A DNA stretch of 27,066 nucleotides, from positions 1 through 27,066 of the forward strand of contig CAMHRD010000001.1 of the NCBI GenBank assembly GCA_946187365.1. Reading direction: 5' to 3'. Each line of letters begins with the position of its first letter. The stretch's first letter is position 1. The notes under the pieces were generated by a model. It was given only the letters and a program-made list of their open reading frames with translations, was not told the origin of the DNA and searched no databases. This document shows positions 9,101-17,039 of this stretch, one piece after another. A program made the translations under genes and the position numbers. The DNA is from an uncultured Bacteroidales bacterium (GTDB lineage Bacteria; Bacteroidota; Bacteroidia; Bacteroidales; UBA932).

Positions 9101-9441
9101 GTGATATTGAGCCGTTTATAGAGTCTTTGAAAGACCGCTTTGGTACTCCGCCGGCCCAGGTTATGGAGCTTGCAAATGTTGTTAAACTGAGACTGAGAGC
9201 AGTAAAGATTGGTGTGGAGAGAATAATTCTTAAGTCTGACATTATGCGTCTATACTTTGTATCTGACGCCAATTCAGCCTTTTACAGAACGGAGTTGTAC
9301 CAGAAGGTGATGGGCAGGATTGCAACTTTAAGGGGAGCAAAACTTAACTACAAACCTCAGGAGAAGAAACTGACGCTTACCGTTCCGGGAGTGAAAAGTG
9401 TAACTGCCGCATACGGCATAATATGCTCTTTAGGGGCTTGA
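6172..9441 (+). CDS. mfd: Transcription-repair coupling factor Mfd
   Basis: UvrB-like 'GFERVDFVSEPGEFAIRGGIVDIF', RID 'VGDYVVHIDHGVG', 'DRLICGDVGFGKTE', 'DEEQKFG', 'TLTATPIPRTL', 'QLRGRVGRS', TRG 'DLDIRGAG', C-terminal TRCF domain. Confidence 0.97.
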   Translation: MSRIEGIAGKFDSLEVVKRLSSFIEGSKKGDSVVIKGLFGSSKAFLLSSAVKNSSYGKIHIVVEDTKEAAEYMCADLYEIFNGEVYYFPLSSSSQARKISIKDSSNKVQRSITLSALNNFSSESNSIAIVTYPDAVKEKIMAQRAVLEGILKISVGEEIEFDSIKEKLTAAGFERVDFVSEPGEFAIRGGIVDIFSYSDNVPYRIDFFGNSVDSIRKFSLDTQRSKEEVKSVEIFPNVCGEDKVMAYGGDTLFNYASKYSVVIWNNTYEQLGEMYDTHPCISLNGRSIKDSADEEVLEMNCSPQPSFNRNFELLADDIRARKKQGYQVFISSSSAEQIERIRNIFKDSAHISEGEHPTFEALESSINEGFISADVKLCLYTDHQIFERYHRVKVRREVERSERLTLEDLSAFHVGDYVVHIDHGVGVFGGLVKTEVNGKHQEAIKIIYKDGDVIFVSVGGLHKISKYKSKDGEPPKIYKLGSGAWNKLKTTTKAKIKDIAKELIELYAKRKGTKGFAFSQDSYLQNELEASFMFDDTPDQVKATKAVKADMESENPMDRLICGDVGFGKTEVAIRAAFKAVCDGKQVCVLVPTTILALQHYKTFTERLAEFPCKIDYISRLRSAKDIRLITEDVKTGKTDIIIGTHRLLNKNITFKDLGLLIIDEEQKFGVAAKERLRQLKVEVDTLTLTATPIPRTLQFSLLGARDLSIINTPPPNRLPVETEVIDFNEDYIKEAIESEIKRGGQVFFVHNRVEDILAVEQMINRICPKAKTIVGHGKMEPSVLENRILDFIRGDYDVLISTTIIENGIDIPNANTMIINQAQMFGLSDLHQLRGRVGRSNRRAYCYLIVPPMSSITEDAKRRIKAIEAFSELGSGFNIAMQDLDIRGAGNMLGGEQSGFIADMGFETYQKILNEAFIEINAQRADFVNPMQNTTQFVSDCTVETDLEIFIPDEYIPQPTEKIKLYKDLDAVKEESDIEPFIESLKDRFGTPPAQVMELANVVKLRLRAVKIGVERIILKSDIMRLYFVSDANSAFYRTELYQKVMGRIATLRGAKLNYKPQEKKLTLTVPGVKSVTAAYGIICSLGA

Positions 9442-9465
9442 TAAAGATTGTATTCAAAATATCAC

Positions 9466-9473
9466 TATATTTG
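9466..9473 (+). promoter_or_regulatory. -7 promoter element (TATATTTG) for the coaX operon
   Basis: TAnnTTTG match 8 nt upstream of the coaX ATG. Confidence 0.6.
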
Positions 9474-9481
9474 GACTTTAT

Positions 9482-10213
9482 ATGGAAACAAACCTTTTAG
9501 TAGATATAGGTAATACCAACGCCAAGGTTGTATTTTACTACAACGGTACAATGGGGCGCCTGCACCGTTCCTCAGAGAGGGATGCTGTGGCCTTCATTAA
9601 AAGCGTTATAGAATCTACAAGGTATGAGGTAAATACAATAGTTGTAAGCAACGTAAGAACCTCCAACGAGCCCGTTAAGGCTGCGCTGGAACCGCTTTGC
9701 AAGAAGCTGATACTATTGGATTACAGAACTCCTCTGCCTATAGATCTGGGTTACGGGTTTGATGCAACGGAACTGGGTGCAGACCGTATTGCGGCAGCTC
9801 TGGCAGTGGCCTATATGTTTAAGGGTCAGGACTGTATAAAGTTTGACTTTGGAACCGCCCTTACGGTAGATTTTATAGACAAAGAAGGGCACTATCTGGG
9901 AGGCAATATCTCCCTTGGAATGCGAAGCCGTTTCAGAGCGTTGAACGAGTTTACAGGACTGCTTCCATACATCACTCCGGATGCGGAGTTCCCGCCTGTG
10001 GGAGTTACCACCACCGGTGCAATGAGCGCAGGGGTTGTATTCGGTCTGATATTTGAAGTGGAGGGATATATTAAGAGATACCCTCAGCATACCATAATTT
10101 TTACGGGAGGTGATTCCTTCTATTTTGCACACAGGATTAAGCACACTGTTTTTGCAACACAGGATATGGTACTGCAGGGATTGGCAATTATAGCAGATTT
10201 TTATGCAAAATAA
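9482..10213 (+). CDS. coaX: Type III pantothenate kinase
   Basis: 'LLVDIGNTNAK', 'LGADR', 'DFGTALTVD', 'GGNISLG', 'IFTGGD', 'LQGL'. Confidence 0.93.
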   Translation: METNLLVDIGNTNAKVVFYYNGTMGRLHRSSERDAVAFIKSVIESTRYEVNTIVVSNVRTSNEPVKAALEPLCKKLILLDYRTPLPIDLGYGFDATELGADRIAAALAVAYMFKGQDCIKFDFGTALTVDFIDKEGHYLGGNISLGMRSRFRALNEFTGLLPYITPDAEFPPVGVTTTGAMSAGVVFGLIFEVEGYIKRYPQHTIIFTGGDSFYFAHRIKHTVFATQDMVLQGLAIIADFYAK

Positions 10214-10214
10214 A

Positions 10215-11504
10215 ATGAGAGCAAAGAGATTGATATTATTGGCGTCTGCCTTTTTATTGGGAGTAACCCGCATGGCGGCACAGGAAGTTGATGCACTTGG
10301 AACCTTTACTCCATACTCCATTTACGGAGTGGGAGATCTCTACAACAACAACTCCGCCATCAACCTGGGTATGGGTGGTATTGGAATGGGAATCAGAGAC
10401 TCAAGATTCATAAACTATAAGAACATAGCCTCTTTAACCCAGAGAGACACTCTCTCCTTTATGTTGGATATGGGAGTGATGGGAAGGAATATGTACCTTA
10501 AGGACAAAAACACCACATCTGCCTATAACACAGGCAATATCAATAACTTCACCTTCTCTTTCCCAATTAAGAACAAGGCCTCTTTCATCTTTGGAATAAT
10601 GCCTTACTCCAGCGTAGGTTATAAGTTCAAGAGCGTGGAGGATGATGTAAACCTCATTAACAAATATGGTTACATCACCTATTACAAATACGGTAACGGA
10701 AACATCAACCAACTCTTCTTTGGAGGAGCAATGAATGTTATTAAGAACGTTTCCGTAGGAGCCTCTGCCGTTTACTACTTTGGAAGCCTTACAAACCACA
10801 GCAACATTGCCTTTACAAATTCAGATATAAGAACCATAGAGACAGGCTGGAAGCATAAGCCTCACGGCTGGGCTGCAGAGTTTGCGGCTCAGGCTTCATT
10901 CCCAATGCCAATGGAAAACACCACCCTTACGGTGGGTGCAACCTACAGAATGAAGAGCACGCTCTACGGTTCACAGAGCAGATATGCCTACGCATACGAC
11001 GGCTCAATACGAGATACCATCTCAGACAATCCAATCAAAGAGCATATAAAGATTCCGGGAAAGATTACCGCCGGTGTGGCACTCTCAAAACTGGACAAGT
11101 GGACAATAGGTTTGGATTATGAGCGCCAGGATTGGTCAAAGACAAACTTCAAAAATACTCCGGGTGTAGGATTTGACTCACAGACAGCCTCTTCCATTAA
11201 GATAGGAGGTGAATATACCCCTAACAGATTTGATATCCGTTACTTCTACAAGAGAGTCTCTTACCGTGCCGGCTTCCACTATGACAAGACATACGTACGT
11301 TTGGATGGTAAGAGTATAAACCAGATGGGATTTACAATTGGTGCATCACTGCCAATCTACCGTCTTAACAACTCAATCAACGTTGCCGTAGACTTTGGTC
11401 AAAGAGGCTCCAAAACAGGCAATTTGGTAAGAGAAAATTACATTAATTTCATTGTGAGCTTAAGTTTGCACGATATTTGGTTTGTAAAACCTAAGTTCCA
11501 ATAA
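10215..11504 (+). CDS. FadL/PorV-like outer-membrane beta-barrel, possible BamG-type BAM accessory subunit
   Basis: Signal peptide. N-terminal hatch motif 'TPYSIYGVGDL...GMGGIG', 'GIMPYSSVGY', alternating beta-strands, C-terminal 'WFVKPKF'. Alternative start at 10203. BamG assignment rests on recalled synteny and similarity and needs a search. Confidence 0.75.
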   Translation: MRAKRLILLASAFLLGVTRMAAQEVDALGTFTPYSIYGVGDLYNNNSAINLGMGGIGMGIRDSRFINYKNIASLTQRDTLSFMLDMGVMGRNMYLKDKNTTSAYNTGNINNFTFSFPIKNKASFIFGIMPYSSVGYKFKSVEDDVNLINKYGYITYYKYGNGNINQLFFGGAMNVIKNVSVGASAVYYFGSLTNHSNIAFTNSDIRTIETGWKHKPHGWAAEFAAQASFPMPMENTTLTVGATYRMKSTLYGSQSRYAYAYDGSIRDTISDNPIKEHIKIPGKITAGVALSKLDKWTIGLDYERQDWSKTNFKNTPGVGFDSQTASSIKIGGEYTPNRFDIRYFYKRVSYRAGFHYDKTYVRLDGKSINQMGFTIGASLPIYRLNNSINVAVDFGQRGSKTGNLVRENYINFIVSLSLHDIWFVKPKFQ

Positions 11505-11510
11505 ATTGAC

Positions 11511-11518
11511 TACATTTG
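11511..11518 (+). promoter_or_regulatory. -7 promoter element (TACATTTG) for the TPR gene
   Basis: TAnnTTTG match followed by an AU-rich leader of about 50 nt. Confidence 0.55.
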
Positions 11519-11568
11519 CAACCAATATAAACAAGTATAAATAAGAACTACTCAAATAATTTACTGCT

Positions 11569-12894
11569 ATGAAAAAATTAAGAATTGCACTGTTGGTATT
11601 CACTGTTCTGGCCCTATTCACTACCGTTGAGGTATCTGCTCAAGGTAGATTTGGAAAGGATAGCGCAGATTGTGTGAACAATCTTAATTTCTATCAGGAT
11701 TTCCTTCGCCAGGGTAATATGACTGAGGCCTATTCTCATTGGATTCAGGCTTTAAAATTCTGCCCTCCAAAGGTTTCACAGAACCTCTACATCAACGGTA
11801 GAAAAATTATGTTGAGCAGAATTAACAATACTCAGGACCCTGAGCTGAGAGCCGCTATGATAGATTCACTCCTGGAGTTGGCTACTACCAGAGCAAATCT
11901 CTTCCCTAGCAGAGCTAAAGTTGCAAAGGAGGGACGTCTGAAAGATATGATGATGTTCTTTGGACAGGATCCTGCAAAGGCAAAGCTTCTCTATGACAAC
12001 CTTACCGCATACGCAGATGAGTTTGGTTCAAGTTCAGATGACCAGATGTTAGTTAACGCTATGATTAAGGCCGGAGAACTCTATGCAGCTAAGCAGATTA
12101 CAGATGAGGATGTTATGAACGCATACTCAAAATTCAATGACCTCTTTGAGGCACGTAAGGCTGCGTTCCCTAATGACACCACAATTGACGCTTCAGAGGC
12201 TATGCTTCAGAACGCATTCATCAACAGCGGTGTTGCTACCTGTGACAACCTCATTAAAGTGTTCACTCCAAGATTTGAGCAGAACCCTAATGATACCACT
12301 CTTCTGAAGACAATATCAAGTTTGCTCAACAGCAACGAGTGTACAGACTCCGAGCTCTTCTCACAGGTTGTTGGTCAGATGTACAAACTCAACCCAACAG
12401 CAGGTGCCGCTTACTTCCTTTACAGATTCTTCAACTCTAAGGGAGATGAGGATAAGGCTCTGGGTTATCTGAAGGAGGCTGCAAGCGTTGCAACAGGCGT
12501 AGACAAAGGTACTTACCTCTATGAGCTTGCAACCATTCACTATAAGAACCGTTCATTCGGACAGGCAGCATCAGTTGCACGCCAGGCTGCAGACCTTAAT
12601 CCTAAGTATGCGGGCAAGGCTGAGATGCTTATTGGAACTATCTGGGCTTCCATTTCTTGCGGCGGTGACGAGATTGCAAAGAGAGCTAAGTTCTGGGTTG
12701 CTACAGACTTTATGCAGAGAGCAATGGCAAAGGATCCATCTCTTGCTGCTGAGGCTCAGAAGAACATTGCAAGATATCGTCAGTACTTCCCTAAGGCTGA
12801 GGATGCCTTTATGTATGACCTTGTAGACGGTAAGGGTTACTCTATCTCCTGCGGAGGTATGAGCGCCTCTACAACGGTTAGAACTTTGAAGTAG
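11569..12894 (+). CDS. Exported tetratricopeptide-repeat protein, conserved in the Bacteroidota coaX-lptC cluster
   Basis: Signal peptide ...VSA|QG. All-helical TPR-like repeats (e.g. 'ALGYLKEA', 'YLYELATIHY', 'ARQAADLNP'). C-terminal 'YFPKAEDAFMYDL...TTVR'. Confidence 0.75.
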   Translation: MKKLRIALLVFTVLALFTTVEVSAQGRFGKDSADCVNNLNFYQDFLRQGNMTEAYSHWIQALKFCPPKVSQNLYINGRKIMLSRINNTQDPELRAAMIDSLLELATTRANLFPSRAKVAKEGRLKDMMMFFGQDPAKAKLLYDNLTAYADEFGSSSDDQMLVNAMIKAGELYAAKQITDEDVMNAYSKFNDLFEARKAAFPNDTTIDASEAMLQNAFINSGVATCDNLIKVFTPRFEQNPNDTTLLKTISSLLNSNECTDSELFSQVVGQMYKLNPTAGAAYFLYRFFNSKGDEDKALGYLKEAASVATGVDKGTYLYELATIHYKNRSFGQAASVARQAADLNPKYAGKAEMLIGTIWASISCGGDEIAKRAKFWVATDFMQRAMAKDPSLAAEAQKNIARYRQYFPKAEDAFMYDLVDGKGYSISCGGMSASTTVRTLK

Positions 12895-12910
12895 AAAACC
12901 TTTAGGCACA

Positions 12911-13582
12911 ATGCATAAAGGCCTATACTCAAGAGGATTAAAAGGATTACCAAAATTATTTTTGGTAATCCTCTTTTTTGCATTGTCCATTTCCTGTTCC
13001 AGAAGGACGGAACTTGCCGGCCAGATAGATTTGGCCTCCGCTCCAAGAATGCAGGGAGACAGTATAGTTGCAATTCAGTCTACCAACGGAGATATTGTAA
13101 TGAGGCTCCAGGCTCCAAGGATGGAGAAGTATGAACTGGATTCTCTCTCGTATGATCTATTCCCAAACGGATTTGACGTTTACTCTTACAGAGACAGCAA
13201 CCTTGAGGCTCACATTCACGCAGAGGTTGCAAAGCACACCACCAAGAAAAATCTGGAGGAGGTATGGGAGGTTTACGGCAACGTTGTAATCCGTAATTTT
13301 GTTAACGGCCAGACCATGAAGACAGACACTCTTTACTGGGACCGTTACAGCCACAAAATCTATACGGACTGTTATGTGGAAATGGCTTCTCCTCAGGGAT
13401 TTATGCAGGGTTACGGAATGGAGAGCGATGAGACTGCATCCAATGCAGAAATCAGACGTCCGTTTGACTCTTTCAGCCGCATTCAGGAGGATTCCACTTA
13501 CGTAGATACCGTAAACTTTATAGGACCTATTCTCCGTCCGGAAAAGATAGGGGTAGATCTTAAAGTTACCGGTAAAAAATAG
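12911..13582 (+). CDS. lptC: LPS export periplasmic protein LptC (Bacteroidota type)
   Basis: Lipobox-like 'ISC'. Beta-jellyroll motifs 'FPNGFDV', 'WEVYGNVVI', 'TDTLYWD', 'IYTDCYV', 'GYGMESD'. Position between the TPR and hemolysin-family genes. Confidence 0.8.
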   Translation: MHKGLYSRGLKGLPKLFLVILFFALSISCSRRTELAGQIDLASAPRMQGDSIVAIQSTNGDIVMRLQAPRMEKYELDSLSYDLFPNGFDVYSYRDSNLEAHIHAEVAKHTTKKNLEEVWEVYGNVVIRNFVNGQTMKTDTLYWDRYSHKIYTDCYVEMASPQGFMQGYGMESDETASNAEIRRPFDSFSRIQEDSTYVDTVNFIGPILRPEKIGVDLKVTGKK

Positions 13583-13583
13583 T

Positions 13584-14858
13584 ATGATAACCAACATAAT
13601 CATAGTAGTTGTTGCACTCTGTTTCTGCTGCCTTTTTTCAGGCTATGAAATGGCCTTTCTGCACTGCAACCGTCTCAAAGTTGCGCTGGATAAAAAGGAG
13701 GGGAAAAAGTATGCGGTTGCAATGGACCGTTTCATCAAAAACGAGGGAGATCTGATCTCCGCTCTTCTGGTGGGCAACAACATATTTGTGGTTATCTACA
13801 GTATTGCGGCGGCGCACCTGCTCTCGCCTCTAATCTACAGATACTTAACAACTTCCACATCCATCGCGATAATTATAGAGACCGTTATTGCAACCTTCAT
13901 TGTAATGATAACGGCGGAGTATCTGCCAAAGACCCTCTGCTACCTGAATGCCAATAAGGTCTTCTCACATTTCTACAGAATTATTCTTTTCTTCTACTAC
14001 CTGCTCTATCCTATTACCTGGATTACCAACAAGTTGGCAAATCTTATCTTAGGTACGGGCAAGAAGGATGATAAAAAAGTTGCATACGCATACCAGCAGG
14101 AGGAGGCTGCTTTTGACCAGACAGACCTTCTGAATCTCTCTGAGGAGGTGGAAGATGCGCAGGGTGATGATGTGCCTTCAGACATTGAGATTTTCCAGAA
14201 TGCGGTAGATTTTTCAAAGACAAAAATTAAGGAGTGTCTTATTCCGCGTACGGAAATTACCGCCATAGATATTGAGGAATCTTCAGAGGATTTACTCTCT
14301 TTGTTTGTAGATACCGGGTACTCCAGAATCATTGTTTACCAGGAGACTATAGATGATATCATTGGTTACGTTCTGAGTAAGGATCTTATGAAAAAACGTA
14401 ATGCTCCGCTTAAGGAACTTTTGCGTCCAATCAAACACGTGCAGATGGATATGGATGCTCAGGCTCTGCTTGAGATGATGATAAACCGCAAGGAGAATAT
14501 TGTTGCGGTAGATGATGAATACGGCGGAACGGAGGGTATTGTTACCCTGGAAGATCTTATTGAGGAAATCTTTGGTGAGATAGATGATGAGTTAGACCGT
14601 AATGACCTGCTGGAGAAACAGATAGGAGAGAACGAGTGGGTCTTCTCCGCCCGTTTGGACGTTAAAGACATTAACAGAAAATATGAGTTGAATCTGCCGG
14701 AAGATGATGCGTATGAAACTCTTGCCGGATTGATTCTCTATACCGCACAATCCTTCCCAAAAGAGAAGGAGACGTTCCGCATAGGGGACATCTCCTTCAC
14801 AATTCTCAAAACCTCTAAAAAGAGAATAGAGACTGTTTCTGTTAAACTGTTGGATTAG
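13584..14858 (+). CDS. CNNM/CorC 'hemolysin-family' membrane protein (DUF21 + CBS pair + CorC domain)
   Basis: 'FSGYEMAF', 'LLVGNN', 'AEYLPKT', 'PRTEI', 'GYSRIIVY', 'VDDEYGGTEGIVTLEDLIEEIFGEIDDE', 'YETLAGLIL'. Confidence 0.92.
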   Translation: MITNIIIVVVALCFCCLFSGYEMAFLHCNRLKVALDKKEGKKYAVAMDRFIKNEGDLISALLVGNNIFVVIYSIAAAHLLSPLIYRYLTTSTSIAIIIETVIATFIVMITAEYLPKTLCYLNANKVFSHFYRIILFFYYLLYPITWITNKLANLILGTGKKDDKKVAYAYQQEEAAFDQTDLLNLSEEVEDAQGDDVPSDIEIFQNAVDFSKTKIKECLIPRTEITAIDIEESSEDLLSLFVDTGYSRIIVYQETIDDIIGYVLSKDLMKKRNAPLKELLRPIKHVQMDMDAQALLEMMINRKENIVAVDDEYGGTEGIVTLEDLIEEIFGEIDDELDRNDLLEKQIGENEWVFSARLDVKDINRKYELNLPEDDAYETLAGLILYTAQSFPKEKETFRIGDISFTILKTSKKRIETVSVKLLD

Positions 14859-16963
14859 TAGAACTTATAACGTCTGTCTACAACTCCTGCGTCTAAGCTC
14901 ATAACCTGAGGAAGTACATTCAGAATATTGTAAACTGCGCTCTCGCTCTTTCTCTGAGCGTCATCCTCTGTGTAGTAAGCTCCCGCCTTGCGGTCTTTAA
15001 TCTTGAAGTAATAAACTCCAATTGAACCCTTTACAGGACCAACAATTCCGGTCTCACCCTTCTCGCCGGCAGCAGCAACTGCTCCAATGAACTTAGGGTC
15101 TAGACTCTGACCGCCGTTCATAGATGCAAAGGTTACATCACTCTGAGAACTTACGGTAGTTCCAAGTGCCTCTCCAAGGCTCAGCATATCAGTAGGATTG
15201 ATAACCTTCTCTGCACACTCTTTAGCCTCTTTCTCCACCTTCTTCTGAATTGTGAGCAGGTCTTTGATCTGAGGAGCAACCTCACTCATCTCTGCAAAGC
15301 CCATTGGGTGAATCTTCTTAAGAGCAGCAACTACAAAGTACTTGTTGTTGACAGAAATAACCTGAGAAACTGCACCCTCCTTGTTGTCATAAATCCAACG
15401 GCTTACCTCTTTCATGTTGTCATATCCGGCAATCTGTGAAGCGCCGCCCAAAAGACGGTTTACAGGGATAACTGAAAGGTGGTTCTCATTTGCATACTTC
15501 TCAAACTGTTTGATGTCATTTCCGCTGTTGTCTACAACTTTGTTAGCCTCAGCGTAAACCTTTGAGAAGGTCTCGCGGCTAGGGGTTGCCTCTCTTGCCA
15601 GAACTGCAACCTTTGCCTTGCGGAGAGGTTTTGTCATATCCTCAACTTTAACAACAACAAAGTTGTCATTAATAGGGAATATCATATAATCACCCTTCTT
15701 TGCAGAGAATGCCTTAAGGAAGTCTGCAGGAAGCTGATTGGCAGCAACCTGCTCTGTAACCCAACCAATTACGCCAGGCTCAACACCCTGCTGAGGAGGG
15801 AAATACTTGGCTGCCAGAGCTGCAAAGTCCTCACCGCCCTTAAGAATACGTACAAGAGAATCTGCCATCTTCTGATCCTTTGCAGGGAGGAATTTTACAA
15901 ATACGGAGTCCGGTCTCTGGGCAACGTCCAGAATCTTTGCTGCAACAAACTCTTTCTCAAATGGCTGAGGCTCAAGGATTGCGCCTGCAGGATTGGTTGC
16001 GGCAAACTCGTCAACTATAGAAGAACCCTCAGAGATGTCACCCTTCTTAAAGTAGATGTCTACAAAAGGAACGTCTGAGTTCTTAGCAATAAAGTTCTTC
16101 ATATCTACATCTGCAGTCTTTACAAACTGCGGGAAGAGTCTATCCATATCTGCCTTTGCAACCTCAATGTCTCTCTCAGACGGGAGAATCTCAAATGCTA
16201 TAATCTCAGCATCTCTGGTCTCATCCTGCTTGAGTGCAGGTTTGATTCTCTCATAGTAATCCTTTACCTCATTGGTGCTTACGCTGATTGTACTGTCTGC
16301 AGCATAACCTATAGGCATAACCACAAAGTCAATATCGTATGCATTGTTGTTGTCTGCAATATCTCTCTTAACCTGGAGGTTGTTTGCAAATGAACTCTTT
16401 GCAATCATTGCAGAATACTTGAGGAACGTTCTGTCCTGAACAATGTTGTTCTCCAAGAAGTCCCAGTATTTACGCAGGTTGCCGCTGTTGTCCATTTCAA
16501 CATTCTGAAGGAACTGGCTAAGACGCTCAGGATCAAACTCTCCGTTAGCGTTGAGCATCATACCCTCCTGTAGCAGAACAGGGGAGATATCGCTACCCTT
16601 GGTCATATCCACAAACTCCTTCTCTCCAACCCTTATACCTGCTCTCTCACAAGCCGGCATTATAACCTCCTCAGTAAGGAGAGACTGCCATGCAGATGCG
16701 TTAATCATCTGAGAAGTCTCCTCATTGGATGCGTCTGCCGCACCGGTAAGGTTGTAAATGCTGTTGTAGTAATCTACTCTCTTGCTGAACTCCTGATAAG
16801 AAATACCCTTCTTGCCAATCTTTCCTACGTCATACTTTGATGAGAACATGGAAATGGTGGACTGCAAAGTGTCCGGGTCCACAATAAAGGCCAGCAACGC
16901 AAGCGCAATAATAATGGAGATAAAGACACCCATTCTTTTGCGCATTTTCTCAAGAACTGCCAT
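14855..16963 (-). CDS. ppiD: PpiD-like membrane-anchored periplasmic chaperone (SurA-N domain + parvulin-like domain)
   Basis: ATG is on the minus strand at 16963 (track strand is wrong). N-terminal anchor 'MAVLEKMRKRMGVFISIIIALALLAFIV', SurA-like helical domain, parvulin-like 'ADSL...GEDFAALAAKY...IGWV', C-terminal 'VVDRRYKFY'. Confidence 0.82.
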   Translation of the reverse strand: MAVLEKMRKRMGVFISIIIALALLAFIVDPDTLQSTISMFSSKYDVGKIGKKGISYQEFSKRVDYYNSIYNLTGAADASNEETSQMINASAWQSLLTEEVIMPACERAGIRVGEKEFVDMTKGSDISPVLLQEGMMLNANGEFDPERLSQFLQNVEMDNSGNLRKYWDFLENNIVQDRTFLKYSAMIAKSSFANNLQVKRDIADNNNAYDIDFVVMPIGYAADSTISVSTNEVKDYYERIKPALKQDETRDAEIIAFEILPSERDIEVAKADMDRLFPQFVKTADVDMKNFIAKNSDVPFVDIYFKKGDISEGSSIVDEFAATNPAGAILEPQPFEKEFVAAKILDVAQRPDSVFVKFLPAKDQKMADSLVRILKGGEDFAALAAKYFPPQQGVEPGVIGWVTEQVAANQLPADFLKAFSAKKGDYMIFPINDNFVVVKVEDMTKPLRKAKVAVLAREATPSRETFSKVYAEANKVVDNSGNDIKQFEKYANENHLSVIPVNRLLGGASQIAGYDNMKEVSRWIYDNKEGAVSQVISVNNKYFVVAALKKIHPMGFAEMSEVAPQIKDLLTIQKKVEKEAKECAEKVINPTDMLSLGEALGTTVSSQSDVTFASMNGGQSLDPKFIGAVAAAGEKGETGIVGPVKGSIGVYYFKIKDRKAGAYYTEDDAQRKSESAVYNILNVLPQVMSLDAGVVDRRYKFY

Positions 16964-17018
16964 ATAGTTTTAATCTTTAAAAGTTTTTCAATTTATTCAG
17001 GTCTCCCTAAAAGGGCTA

Positions 17019-17026
17019 CAAAAGTA
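17019..17026 (-). promoter_or_regulatory. -7 promoter element (TACTTTTG) for ppiD
   Basis: Minus-strand TAnnTTTG match about 55 nt upstream of the ATG, with an AU-rich leader. Confidence 0.55.
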
Positions 17027-17039
17027 ATAAAAATTTGGA

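Noticed and set aside
13584-14858. 'Hemolysin' as a virulence factor
   Set aside because: The domain architecture is that of CNNM/CorC Mg2+ transport-associated proteins; the name is a legacy annotation.
17005-17015. Small inverted repeat CCCT-AAA-AGGG between ychF and ppiD
   Set aside because: Only a 4-bp stem and no U-tract; too weak to call a terminator.
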